Assembly (NCBI GenBank): GCA_041657425.1
Contig: JBBABY010000002.1
Coordinates: 90,001 to 122,000 of the forward strand
Direction of reading: 5' to 3'
Origin: an archaeon
Lineage (GTDB): Archaea > Iainarchaeota > Iainarchaeia > Iainarchaeales > CSSED10-239
Length of the DNA: 32,000 nucleotides
The first letter of the stretch is position 1; every line of letters starts with the position of its first letter. Positions 16,277 through 24,660 of the stretch are shown here, one piece after another. Under the pieces are notes generated by a model. That model searched no databases, was not told the DNA's origin, and saw nothing but the letters and a program-made list of their open reading frames with translations. A program made the position numbers and the translations under genes.

Positions 16277-19200
16277 TTATTTAGCCATGTCAAGGCCAAT
16301 AACTGAGGAATTCCCTTTCAAGGTTACACCAATTATCTGATTTGCTCCAGAAACAATAGTACTGTTGTGGGTTATACAGATAACTGCTACACTCTTAGAC
16401 AATTCTTTAATGTAATTTAGAAGACTCTCACTGTTTTGATCATCAAGAGCAGCATCTACTTCATCAAGGATGTAGAATGGCGATTTTTTATAGGCATGAA
16501 CTGCGAAAATAACTGCAAGAGCAGTGATGGTCTTTTCTCCACCAGAGATTATATCAATATTTTTTGTTTGTCCATTTTTGGTAATATTTATCATTAATTG
16601 AGAAGTTAATGGATTTTCTCCAGACAATTCTAAACTTCCTTTTAATGTCTTAGACATCTTTGAAATAATACTTTTAAACTCTGCATTTACTTTATTGAAA
16701 CAATCCATAAAGATTGTTGTTTTTTTCATGTTGATTTCATTTAGCATTGACTCAACTTGAGCTTTCTCTGCAACGATGATATCAAACTTCTGTATTATTT
16801 CGTCATATTCTTTTGCTAACTTCTCATATGAATCAATTGCATTGAAGTTAATATTACCAAGAGCGTTTTTGTCTCTCTTAATTGCTCTTAACTTTGAATA
16901 AAGTTGCTCAATTGTAAATTCAGTTTTTTCTAGATCTTCTTTAATATCAAGAAGTTTTAGACTTTGTTCTGCTTGAACAATTTTGCTTTTGGTTGTATTA
17001 ATATTTAATCTTGCTTCATTGATATCTGAATTGATTTCTAAAATTTGAGTATCAAGTTCATGTATCTTTTGGTTTAGTACTGAAGACTCTTGATTTGTGG
17101 TTGATTTCTTTTGGAAAAGATCTTGTTTCTTGTTTTCTTCTTTTTCAAATCTTTTGTTTATTTCTAAAATCTGGTTATCAAGAGCAAGTATTTGATCTTT
17201 ATAATTATTTAATTGTGATTGTAATTCCTTTACTTTCTTGTTATTTATTTCAACTAACCCAGACTTGCTGTCAATCTTTTCTTTAGTGGTATTTAGTTCT
17301 GCATTCTTGGAGATTAAACTTTGTTCTAAAAGATTAGTTTCAGCAACTAAAGAATCATACTCGTCTCTTAATGTGCTTTGTGTACCTAAATTAAGCCCTT
17401 TAAGCTTATCCTCAACTTCTTGCTTGTCTTTCTTGAGATTGGATAATTCTTTTTCCAAGACGTCGATTGTGCTTTGAGTTTGTCCAAGATTTTGTGTAAT
17501 TACTTTAATTGTTGTTCCGCCAGTTGATGCGGATTTAATAGTATCTGTTTTTTCAATAACCTCATCAAGTGCTTGGATTGTAGTGTTTAACTTAACTTGT
17601 AATTGAGTTAGTTCTTTTGTCTTAATGTTTTCTTCTTGATTTTCTTTTGAAATGTTTTTTATTGTATCTTGGTATTTCTGTTGATCTTTACCAAGCTCTG
17701 CTTCTAAATGTTTAATTTTATCTTCTAGTTCCTTTGGGTCTTTGATTAATATTTTCTTGTAACAAAAACCATCAAAATAGAAACCATCAATGTCTGAAAC
17801 TTTTGCTTTAGTGTTAAAATGCTCTTTAAATAAATTTGAAATTTCCTTCTCAGTTGTTTCAAGAACAGAAAGAACTACAAAATTAAGATTGGTGTGTTCT
17901 CCAACTTCTTTAATTATGTGTGAAAGATCCTTTGAATCTTTTAAAATAATATAATTAGAATAAATTGATTTTTGAGACTTGTCAAGAGTTACGTAATCAT
18001 CCAAAAAACCAACAAATGACTTGTGTTGCTTTAGTTTGTCTTTTAGTTTTTCCTTCTTGTCAAGAGCAACTGAACTAAATGAAAGATCTTTTCTTAAACC
18101 ACTGATATCAATTGTCTTTTGATTAATGCTTTTTTGAGTTTCTTCTTTTTCCTTTTCTAATCTTTGTAATGTACTTTCAATTTGCTTGATTTCTTTCTCT
18201 AATTTTTCAACTTCTTTTCTTGTTGTTAAGATGATTGTCTCTGATTCCTTCTTTCTTTCAAGCAATTGCTTTGATTCCTTATCTTTTTCTTCCACTTGCT
18301 TTTCAATTGTTTCTTTTTGTAATTGATAAGCGCTAACTTTATTCTTGTTTGAAAAGAAATCATCTTGCTTTTGATTAATTTCTTTATTTAGTTTTGAAAG
18401 TTGGCTGTAAAGTTCTTCTTGATTCTTTCTTATGCTTTCAAATTCTTTTGAGTTCTTTTGAATACTTTCTTTTAATGTATCCTTTGATTTACTTTTTGTT
18501 TTTAATTTTTCTTCTTGTTCTTTAATAATTACTTTAAGTATTTGTTCTTCTTTTTTAAGTTCTGAAATCTCAATTGCGAGCTTTTCGCTTTCTTTATTTA
18601 AGTATTCAATATTTTCTTGTCTTAAATTTAAATTATTTTGAATAATTTCTTTGTTTGCTTTGTTTTCTGATAGTTCTCTACCAATAGTGGATTGAACTTT
18701 TTCTGAGTGAGAAATCAGTTCATTATTAATTGTCTCAAGCTTATTTTCAAAATCAGAAATTGAAAGCATCAGTTCTTTCTTTTCTTTGTTCTTCTCATCT
18801 ATATCTCTAACAAGACTGGAGATTTTTCCATCTTCTAAGATTAATTCTGTATTGTATTCATCAATTTGTTTATTATAAAGATTATAAGTGTAAATATGTT
18901 CAAGTTTATCCATTTCTTTAAACTTTAAAGCATTTTCTCTTTCAGCAGACAACTGCTCAACATATGGCTTTCTTTCGTTTAAAGCAATTGAAACTTTCTC
19001 AAGTCTTTTATTAACTTTATCAAGATTATCCTGGGCTTCTTTCTTTCTTTCATCAAACAAAGAAATACCAGAAATATCTTCAATTATTTTTCTTCTTTCT
19101 TCAGGATTCATGTTTATGATTTTAGTAACATCACCTTGCTGAACTGTATAATAACCGTCAGCAGTAATTCCTGTTTCTTCTAAGTAAGAAGTAATTTCAT

Positions 19201-19528
19201 TTAGTGCTTTTCTTTTTCCATCTAAAATAAAACTAGACTTTCCATTATCATCAATTTCTCTAATAATATCTATGTCTTTTCCTTCATGACTAAAAACAAC
19301 TCTAACTCTTGCTGTTCTTTCTTTTGCATTTTGATTAACAAGATTAGATGTTTTATCAACTCTTAATCTCTTTAAAGAAGTAGAACCAAAACCAAAGATT
19401 AAGGCATCAATAATATTACTTTTTCCAGAACCATTTGGACCAACAATAACTTGAAATCCTGGTTTAAAAGGAATACTTGCATAATCAAATGATTTGAAGT
19501 TTTTAAGCACTAGTTCTTTTACTTGCAT
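16277..19528 (-). CDS. smc: SMC chromosome-segregation ATPase
   Basis: It has an N-terminal Walker A (GPNGSGKSN), very long coiled-coil arms, and a central non-coiled segment that presumably forms the hinge. The C-terminus has the signature motif ISGGEKTITALA and Walker B FYILDEVDAALD. Confidence 0.9.
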   Translation of the reverse strand: MQVKELVLKNFKSFDYASIPFKPGFQVIVGPNGSGKSNIIDALIFGFGSTSLKRLRVDKTSNLVNQNAKERTARVRVVFSHEGKDIDIIREIDDNGKSSFILDGKRKALNEITSYLEETGITADGYYTVQQGDVTKIINMNPEERRKIIEDISGISLFDERKKEAQDNLDKVNKRLEKVSIALNERKPYVEQLSAERENALKFKEMDKLEHIYTYNLYNKQIDEYNTELILEDGKISSLVRDIDEKNKEKKELMLSISDFENKLETINNELISHSEKVQSTIGRELSENKANKEIIQNNLNLRQENIEYLNKESEKLAIEISELKKEEQILKVIIKEQEEKLKTKSKSKDTLKESIQKNSKEFESIRKNQEELYSQLSKLNKEINQKQDDFFSNKNKVSAYQLQKETIEKQVEEKDKESKQLLERKKESETIILTTRKEVEKLEKEIKQIESTLQRLEKEKEETQKSINQKTIDISGLRKDLSFSSVALDKKEKLKDKLKQHKSFVGFLDDYVTLDKSQKSIYSNYIILKDSKDLSHIIKEVGEHTNLNFVVLSVLETTEKEISNLFKEHFNTKAKVSDIDGFYFDGFCYKKILIKDPKELEDKIKHLEAELGKDQQKYQDTIKNISKENQEENIKTKELTQLQVKLNTTIQALDEVIEKTDTIKSASTGGTTIKVITQNLGQTQSTIDVLEKELSNLKKDKQEVEDKLKGLNLGTQSTLRDEYDSLVAETNLLEQSLISKNAELNTTKEKIDSKSGLVEINNKKVKELQSQLNNYKDQILALDNQILEINKRFEKEENKKQDLFQKKSTTNQESSVLNQKIHELDTQILEINSDINEARLNINTTKSKIVQAEQSLKLLDIKEDLEKTEFTIEQLYSKLRAIKRDKNALGNINFNAIDSYEKLAKEYDEIIQKFDIIVAEKAQVESMLNEINMKKTTIFMDCFNKVNAEFKSIISKMSKTLKGSLELSGENPLTSQLMINITKNGQTKNIDIISGGEKTITALAVIFAVHAYKKSPFYILDEVDAALDDQNSESLLNYIKELSKSVAVICITHNSTIVSGANQIIGVTLKGNSSVIGLDMAK

Positions 19529-19540
19529 TTTTGTCTCACA

Positions 19541-20068
19541 TTATTTTCTTAGGTACTCTGAAATATCATTAACCTTAATAGTTTTAGAACAAACTTTATT
19601 TAAATGATATGATTTTGTTTTTGGAAAACTTACATTAATTACTTGTTTACCTAGTTCTTTTGCTTCTTGTATAGCCGGAATAAAATCTGCATCATTTGAT
19701 ACTAGAATTGCAATATCGTAGTTATCTTTATAAGCATTAACAACTAAATCAACTGCAAGTTTAACATCAACACCCTTTTCTGCTTTTTTGCCATCAGGTC
19801 TTTTTTCTAATCTTCCAAAATATATATCAATTAATGGGACCTCAGATAAATATGCAAAAAATCTTTGTTGCTTTTTATATTCATCTTCATTGTCTTTTAT
19901 ATTTAATGGAGAATTATAGTATTTAATTTTTATTAAATCATCATTTTCTGAAAGAAAATTACAAAATTTTTCGAAATAGATTTTTGTATTAGAAAAAGAA
20001 CACCTTAGAGAATAATAAAAATTACTTCCATCAATAAATATCATCACTCGTTTTATAGAAGAAGTCAT
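19541..20068 (-). CDS. NYN-domain (LabA/PIN-like) putative ribonuclease
   Basis: The characteristic blocks are VMIFIDGSNFYYS, GVDVKLAVDLV and ILVSNDADFIPAIQ. Confidence 0.8.
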   Translation of the reverse strand: MTSSIKRVMIFIDGSNFYYSLRCSFSNTKIYFEKFCNFLSENDDLIKIKYYNSPLNIKDNEDEYKKQQRFFAYLSEVPLIDIYFGRLEKRPDGKKAEKGVDVKLAVDLVVNAYKDNYDIAILVSNDADFIPAIQEAKELGKQVINVSFPKTKSYHLNKVCSKTIKVNDISEYLRK

Positions 20069-20198
20069 ATTTAATCAAATAAAAATGCCTACCTTTGTGA
20101 GTCATAACAACCCCCAATGGTAGGGAGCTAATTATAAATATTATATAGCGATATGTTTTTAAATATTAAAGTTTAGTTAAATTTTTGGTAATTTGAAG

Positions 20199-20672
20199 CT
20201 AAAATTTTACTTTCCAAAAACCTGTATTAAACATCTCTTGTAAAGTTTTAACATTTGGAGCTAGGTTGTATTTTGATAATTCAGAAACTGCAATATACTT
20301 TGCGCCAGAAAACATATGTTTCTCTTTTATCTTTGGCTCTTTTGTTAAATTAGCAATAAAATTATAACTTCTTCTTTTTACTTTGTCTGGTGTAACAAAA
20401 TCAATATAGAATGGAGAATATTTATCTAAAATTTTTGGTTTAAGATTAACTTCTTCTTTAACTTCTCTAATTGCTGCATTTCTTAAAGTCTCTTTTTTTG
20501 TTTTCCCTTTATCAGTAAATTTTACTTTTCCACCAGGAAGCTCCCAATGTTTTTTATCTTTTCTTTCAACAAGTAAAATCTTATTTTTATTAATTATAAT
20601 TATTCCAGAATTAACAACTCTTCCGTCTTCAAAATATTTCTTTTCGGTTTTATTATATATCATTTCAATCAA
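20199..20672 (-). CDS. NUDIX hydrolase
   Basis: The Nudix box is GGKVKFTDKGKTKKETLRNAAIREVKEEVNL (Gx5Ex7REUxEExGU, with an insertion). Confidence 0.8.
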   Translation of the reverse strand: MIEMIYNKTEKKYFEDGRVVNSGIIIINKNKILLVERKDKKHWELPGGKVKFTDKGKTKKETLRNAAIREVKEEVNLKPKILDKYSPFYIDFVTPDKVKRRSYNFIANLTKEPKIKEKHMFSGAKYIAVSELSKYNLAPNVKTLQEMFNTGFWKVKF

Positions 20673-20675
20673 ATA

Positions 20676-21521
20676 TTATTTATCTAAAATCCAATAAGAA
20701 AATCTAGATTTCCAGTTCTTCCAATTGTCTGGATATGTTTTTCTTTCTTCTTTTTTAATTACTGATTTCTTTACAATTAAAGGTTTACTTATGTTTTCAA
20801 ATTCAATAATGTAGGAATAAAGATGAGTATAACTTTCTTTTTCTAAACTTGACTTCCATTGCTTGATATTATATTTCTTAAAGTCTTTGAAAAATACTTC
20901 TAAAGGTAGTGGCTTTGAATACATACTTGTTAGTTTAAAACGTCCTTTCTTAAAATTAGATTTAATATATTCTTCAAGTAAACTTGTTTTAGAATCACCA
21001 AGAGATAAAGTGTACATATACATCTTACCATTTGGTTTTAGATGATTGTTAATAGAATCAAATATCTTTTTTACAAGATAGAAACCATCAATTCCACCAT
21101 TAGAATGTAATGCTGCTTTTATGTTTTTAGGAACTGGAACAAATGGAGGATTAGTTAATATGTAATCAAACTTTTCATTTTTAACAGTGTTAAACAAATC
21201 TCCTTTTCTAAATTCAATATTTGTTAATCCATTTCTATAAGCGTTTCTTTTTGAAAAATCAATTGCTTTTGAAGAGATGTCTGAAAGTACTACTTTTGAA
21301 GCATTATCAGAAGAATAAATTCCAAGAACTCCACTCCCTGAACATAAATCCAGAACAGTTGAATTCTTCTTAACCTTCATATGATCAATAAGATAATGAA
21401 TACCAGAACCTGCATAAATTGGAAGAACAGAATCAAATATTTTATTGTCTTTTCTATCTGTTTCAATAACTTTATTTTTGTAAATAAATAGTTCTGTGTC
21501 TTTCTGAGTAATTATTTTCAT
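20676..21521 (-). CDS. Class I SAM-dependent methyltransferase with an NPPF motif (HemK/PrmC/Mtq2-like or N6-amino methyltransferase)
   Basis: Motif I is VLDLCSGSGVLG and motif IV is ILTNPPFVP. An extra ~90-aa C-terminal region has unknown function. The gene ends 3 nt before the Nudix gene start. Confidence 0.7.
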   Translation of the reverse strand: MKIITQKDTELFIYKNKVIETDRKDNKIFDSVLPIYAGSGIHYLIDHMKVKKNSTVLDLCSGSGVLGIYSSDNASKVVLSDISSKAIDFSKRNAYRNGLTNIEFRKGDLFNTVKNEKFDYILTNPPFVPVPKNIKAALHSNGGIDGFYLVKKIFDSINNHLKPNGKMYMYTLSLGDSKTSLLEEYIKSNFKKGRFKLTSMYSKPLPLEVFFKDFKKYNIKQWKSSLEKESYTHLYSYIIEFENISKPLIVKKSVIKKEERKTYPDNWKNWKSRFSYWILDK

Positions 21522-21539
21522 AATTAATTCATCCCAAAA

Positions 21540-22829
21540 CTAGAAAATATCATTTCTTTTAATTTCTATTTTTCCAAACATATATTTATGTAAAACCTTT
21601 GGAATCTTTATTGTTCCGTCTTTTGTTTGATGATTTTCTAGAATTGCAACAAGAGCACGAGAGGTTGCAACAGCTGTGTCGTTAAGTGTGTGAACATAAT
21701 ATTTCTCGCCTTGCTTTGTCTTTGCTTTAATATTCAAACGAACTGCTTGGGCTCCTGTAAGGTTACTACAAGAAGCAACTTCAATATACTTCTGGCTTCT
21801 TGGAGACCACACTTCAACGTCTGCACTTCTATACTTTAAGTCTCCTAAATCTCCAGTACAAATTTCAAGTGTTCTTGTTGGAAGTTCAAGAGATGTAAAA
21901 ATCTTAACTGTGTTTTTTAGAAGTTCATCATACATCTTTTCTGATTCTTCTGGTTTACAAATAACAATCTGCTCCACCTTATCAAATTGATGTAATCTAA
22001 ATAATCCTCTTTCATCAAGACCATGAGAACCAATTTCTTTTCTAAAACAAGAAGAATAACTAAACATCTTTATTGGTAATTTTTCTTCATCAATTGCTTT
22101 ATCAACAAACATAGAGATTAATGGATGCTCTGATGTTGCAATCATATAAAGGTCTTCACCTTCAATCTTGTAAGCCATATCTTTAAAGAAAGAAAAATCT
22201 ACAGAACCTTCACAAGCTCTTTTATTAATCATTAATGGTGGAAGAACATAAGTAAATCCTTTCTTATATAAAAAATCTTGAGCATAGTTGATTAGTGCTC
22301 TGTTTAATAGTGCTAGATCACCTTTAAGATAATAAAATCCTTTACCTGAAGTAGTTCTTGAAGCTTCAAAGTCTGCGATATTAAGTTTTTCTGCAATCTC
22401 TCCGTGGTTGATTACTTCAAAATCTTTCTTAACTGGCTCTCCAAATCTTTTAATTTCTTTATTTTCAGTATCGTCTTTACCGATTGGTGTTTTCTTAGAA
22501 ATGATGTTTGGTATCTTCTTTTGAATATCAATTATTTTTTCATAAAGTTCTTTTTGCTTATCATCTATTTCTTTAATCTTATCTGGTAACTCTCTTGCTT
22601 CTTTTAAAAGATCATCAACTGAAAGTCCTTTCTGTTTATTAATTGCAATATTATCAGTTACAGAATTTCTTTTATGCTTTAAATCGTTAGCAACCATTAC
22701 TCCTTTTCTATAGTCTTCATCTAACAAAATTAGTTCATCAACTAAAGGAAGAAGAAAATCTTTTCCTTTCTTTCTAATATTTTCTTTAACTTTTTTTGTA
22801 TTTTCTCTTATAAATTTTAATTCTAACAT
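21540..22829 (-). CDS. serS: Seryl-tRNA synthetase
   Basis: There is an N-terminal coiled-coil tRNA-binding arm. The class II core contains MIATSEHPL, CFRKEIGSHG..RGLFRLHQFDKVEQ, and TLNDTAVATSRALVAILENHQ. Confidence 0.95.
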   Translation of the reverse strand: MLELKFIRENTKKVKENIRKKGKDFLLPLVDELILLDEDYRKGVMVANDLKHKRNSVTDNIAINKQKGLSVDDLLKEARELPDKIKEIDDKQKELYEKIIDIQKKIPNIISKKTPIGKDDTENKEIKRFGEPVKKDFEVINHGEIAEKLNIADFEASRTTSGKGFYYLKGDLALLNRALINYAQDFLYKKGFTYVLPPLMINKRACEGSVDFSFFKDMAYKIEGEDLYMIATSEHPLISMFVDKAIDEEKLPIKMFSYSSCFRKEIGSHGLDERGLFRLHQFDKVEQIVICKPEESEKMYDELLKNTVKIFTSLELPTRTLEICTGDLGDLKYRSADVEVWSPRSQKYIEVASCSNLTGAQAVRLNIKAKTKQGEKYYVHTLNDTAVATSRALVAILENHQTKDGTIKIPKVLHKYMFGKIEIKRNDIF

Positions 22830-22893
22830 AGATTAATCACATTTTAATTACTAATATACTATAAAACAATAGAATAAAAGAATATAAAAAGCT

Positions 22894-23556
22894 TTATTTT
22901 ATGAAACTTTTCTGTGCTTTTAAGGCCTTAGTAATTATTCTTCTTGCTAAGAAATTATTTAGAAAATTATTAAATAAAATATTATATCCCACAATATTAC
23001 CTTGATGTTTAGATAACTCTAGTTTCCAAGCATTTGTTAAATCAACTAGATCTTTCTTATCAATTGTAATATAATGTGTGTCTTTAGAATCTACGCGCAC
23101 ACTTGTAGATTTCTCCCCAATAAAATTATCAATATTTGTTCCTTTTAATCTAAGATTATCTGAAATTGTTATTGGTTGTTTGTCGCCTATATTTGAATTA
23201 AATGAAACTGCAATTACTGGTTTATTTTTTTCATCATAACTAATTCTAGGCATGTGGTTTTTATCAAGAGTATATTCAAAATTACTATATCTAAATGCAT
23301 AGCCCATAGCAACTATTATTGAATTTCCAATCCTAGAGATATATTTTCTAGTTGATTCTCTATTAAGAAAATTAGAATCTATTACTACAGAATTATGAAA
23401 AGGATTATAAAGTTCTTTTCTATGATCTGATTGTTTTTGATTAACTTCATGAAGTTCATTAGATCCTCTAACTGCAATACTCCCATAGTCCTTTAATTTT
23501 TTTCTAACTAATGGCAAAGTGGTTTTAGATCTTGTCGCTCTTCTTAATGCTACCAT
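22894..23556 (-). CDS. Hypothetical protein with a basic N-terminus
   Basis: This is a clean 220-codon ORF between serS and the FKBP gene. I recognise no motif or transmembrane segment. Confidence 0.45.
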   Translation of the reverse strand: MVALRRATRSKTTLPLVRKKLKDYGSIAVRGSNELHEVNQKQSDHRKELYNPFHNSVVIDSNFLNRESTRKYISRIGNSIIVAMGYAFRYSNFEYTLDKNHMPRISYDEKNKPVIAVSFNSNIGDKQPITISDNLRLKGTNIDNFIGEKSTSVRVDSKDTHYITIDKKDLVDLTNAWKLELSKHQGNIVGYNILFNNFLNNFLARRIITKALKAQKSFIK

Positions 23557-23623
23557 AATAGAAATAGATAAACAAAGAATATTTAAATTTATTTAAAAAA
23601 TAGAAACTAAAAAGAAAGAGAAA

Positions 23624-24217
23624 CTATTTCTTCTCTTCTTCGTCTTCATCATCGTCGCAATCTTCACAATCGCACTCATCGTCTTCGCATTCGTGGTCGT
23701 CTTCTCCGCATTCACCGTGACAGCTTGAACAACTTCCTCCACAACTGTGTGCTTCAAGTTCTTCGTCCATCTTTGCTGCTTCTGCCTCTGAAAGTACTTC
23801 AATTAACTTAACTTTAAATGTAAGATTCTTTCCTGCAAGTGGGTGATTTAATATTGCATCAATTGTTGTTTCATCAATCTTAACGATTTCAATAGCTAAT
23901 GGACCCATTCCTGACATTACAACAATTTCTTTGCCTTCTTGTAAGTCACTTATGCTGTTTAATAGTTCCTTTGGAATCTTTGCAACTTCTGTGTTCTTAG
24001 GACCGTATCCTTCTTCAGGAGTTACCTTAATATCTTTTTCTTCTCCTGATTTCATTCCGATTACTCCGTCTTCAAACCCTGGAATAACCATACCAATACC
24101 AACTTTAAACTTTAATGGATCTCTACCTTTACTAGAATCAAACATTGTTCCATCATCTAATAAACCATCATATTCAACTACTATCCAATCATTCTCTTTA
24201 ACACTCATACGTATCAT
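23624..24217 (-). CDS. slyD: SlyD-like FKBP-type peptidyl-prolyl isomerase with a Cys/His/Asp/Glu-rich C-terminal tail
   Basis: The FKBP core contains VEYDGLLDDGTMFDSS, PLKFKVGIGMVIPGFEDGVIGMK and an IF-domain-like insert, then HPLAGKNLTFKVKLIEV. The 41-aa tail is HSCGGSCSSCHGECGEDDHECEDDECDCEDCDDDEDEEEKK. An AAGGAG sequence lies 4-5 nt upstream of the ATG at 24217. Confidence 0.85.
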   Translation of the reverse strand: MIRMSVKENDWIVVEYDGLLDDGTMFDSSKGRDPLKFKVGIGMVIPGFEDGVIGMKSGEEKDIKVTPEEGYGPKNTEVAKIPKELLNSISDLQEGKEIVVMSGMGPLAIEIVKIDETTIDAILNHPLAGKNLTFKVKLIEVLSEAEAAKMDEELEAHSCGGSCSSCHGECGEDDHECEDDECDCEDCDDDEDEEEKK

Positions 24218-24329
24218 TCAACTCCTTTTGTTTTTAAAAATAGAACTAATATATTTATGGTACAAACCTATTATAAAAGGTTTTATTTAATATAGAAAAA
24301 GACCAACAAAACTTTGCTGGAAACTCTAC

Positions 24330-24539
24330 TTATTTTTTCATTTTATACACTAAAAGATATACAACTGCTGTAATGATACTGAAAAGAATTGCACAAATAA
24401 TCCAAATTGCTTTTGCACCATCTGATAATCCTTTATTATTTGTAAGAACATCATAGATTACCCATATTGCACAAATAAGAGCAAGTATTCCAACTACTGA
24501 ACCGAGTGCTCCAAAACCTGAACTAAATATTCCTGCCAT
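24330..24539 (-). CDS. Small two-helix membrane protein, PLDc_N (phospholipase-D-nuclease N-terminal) family-like
   Basis: The 69-aa protein has two hydrophobic helices with the family-typical WVIYDVL....S...K..W pattern (IWVIYDVLTNNKGLSDGAKAIWII). Confidence 0.5.
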   Translation of the reverse strand: MAGIFSSGFGALGSVVGILALICAIWVIYDVLTNNKGLSDGAKAIWIICAILFSIITAVVYLLVYKMKK

Positions 24540-24612
24540 TTATTTTTCCCCCTAGTTTGATTATAAAACTATATATACACTTACGGCTCAGGAAGTTATA
24601 AAGTAGCTTATT

Positions 24613-24660
24613 TTACTCTAATTGAGTTCTACCATAGAATCCTTTTGGGAAGTAGATCAG
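24613..24660 (-). pseudogene. Orphan duplicate of the last 15 codons plus the stop of the livM-type permease gene
   Basis: The minus strand reads CTG ATC TAC TTC CCA AAA GGA TTC TAT GGT AGA ACT CAA TTA GAG TAA, which translates to LIYFPKGFYGRTQLE*. This is identical in protein sequence to the C-terminus of the intact gene ending at 25965. There is no upstream ORF, and the RelA/SpoT-domain gene's stop codon overlaps the fragment's first codons. Confidence 0.8.
24626..24657. repeat. Left copy of the exact 32-bp direct repeat gttctaccatagaatccttttgggaagtagat
   Basis: I compared it base by base with 25978-26009 and the two are identical. Confidence 0.95.

Noticed and set aside
14709-17477. Short plus-strand ORFs (14709-14894, 15867-16163, 17095-17286, 17238-17477) inside the surface-protein genes and smc
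   Set aside because: They are shadow ORFs antisense to long, motif-supported genes.
20863-22589. Plus-strand 60/61-aa ORFs within the methyltransferase and serS genes
   Set aside because: They are antisense shadow ORFs.
23593-23802. 69-aa minus-strand ORF overlapping the FKBP gene tail in another frame
   Set aside because: It arises from the repetitive acidic/Cys codon tract. The FKBP frame is continuous with a recognisable domain and has a proper stop.
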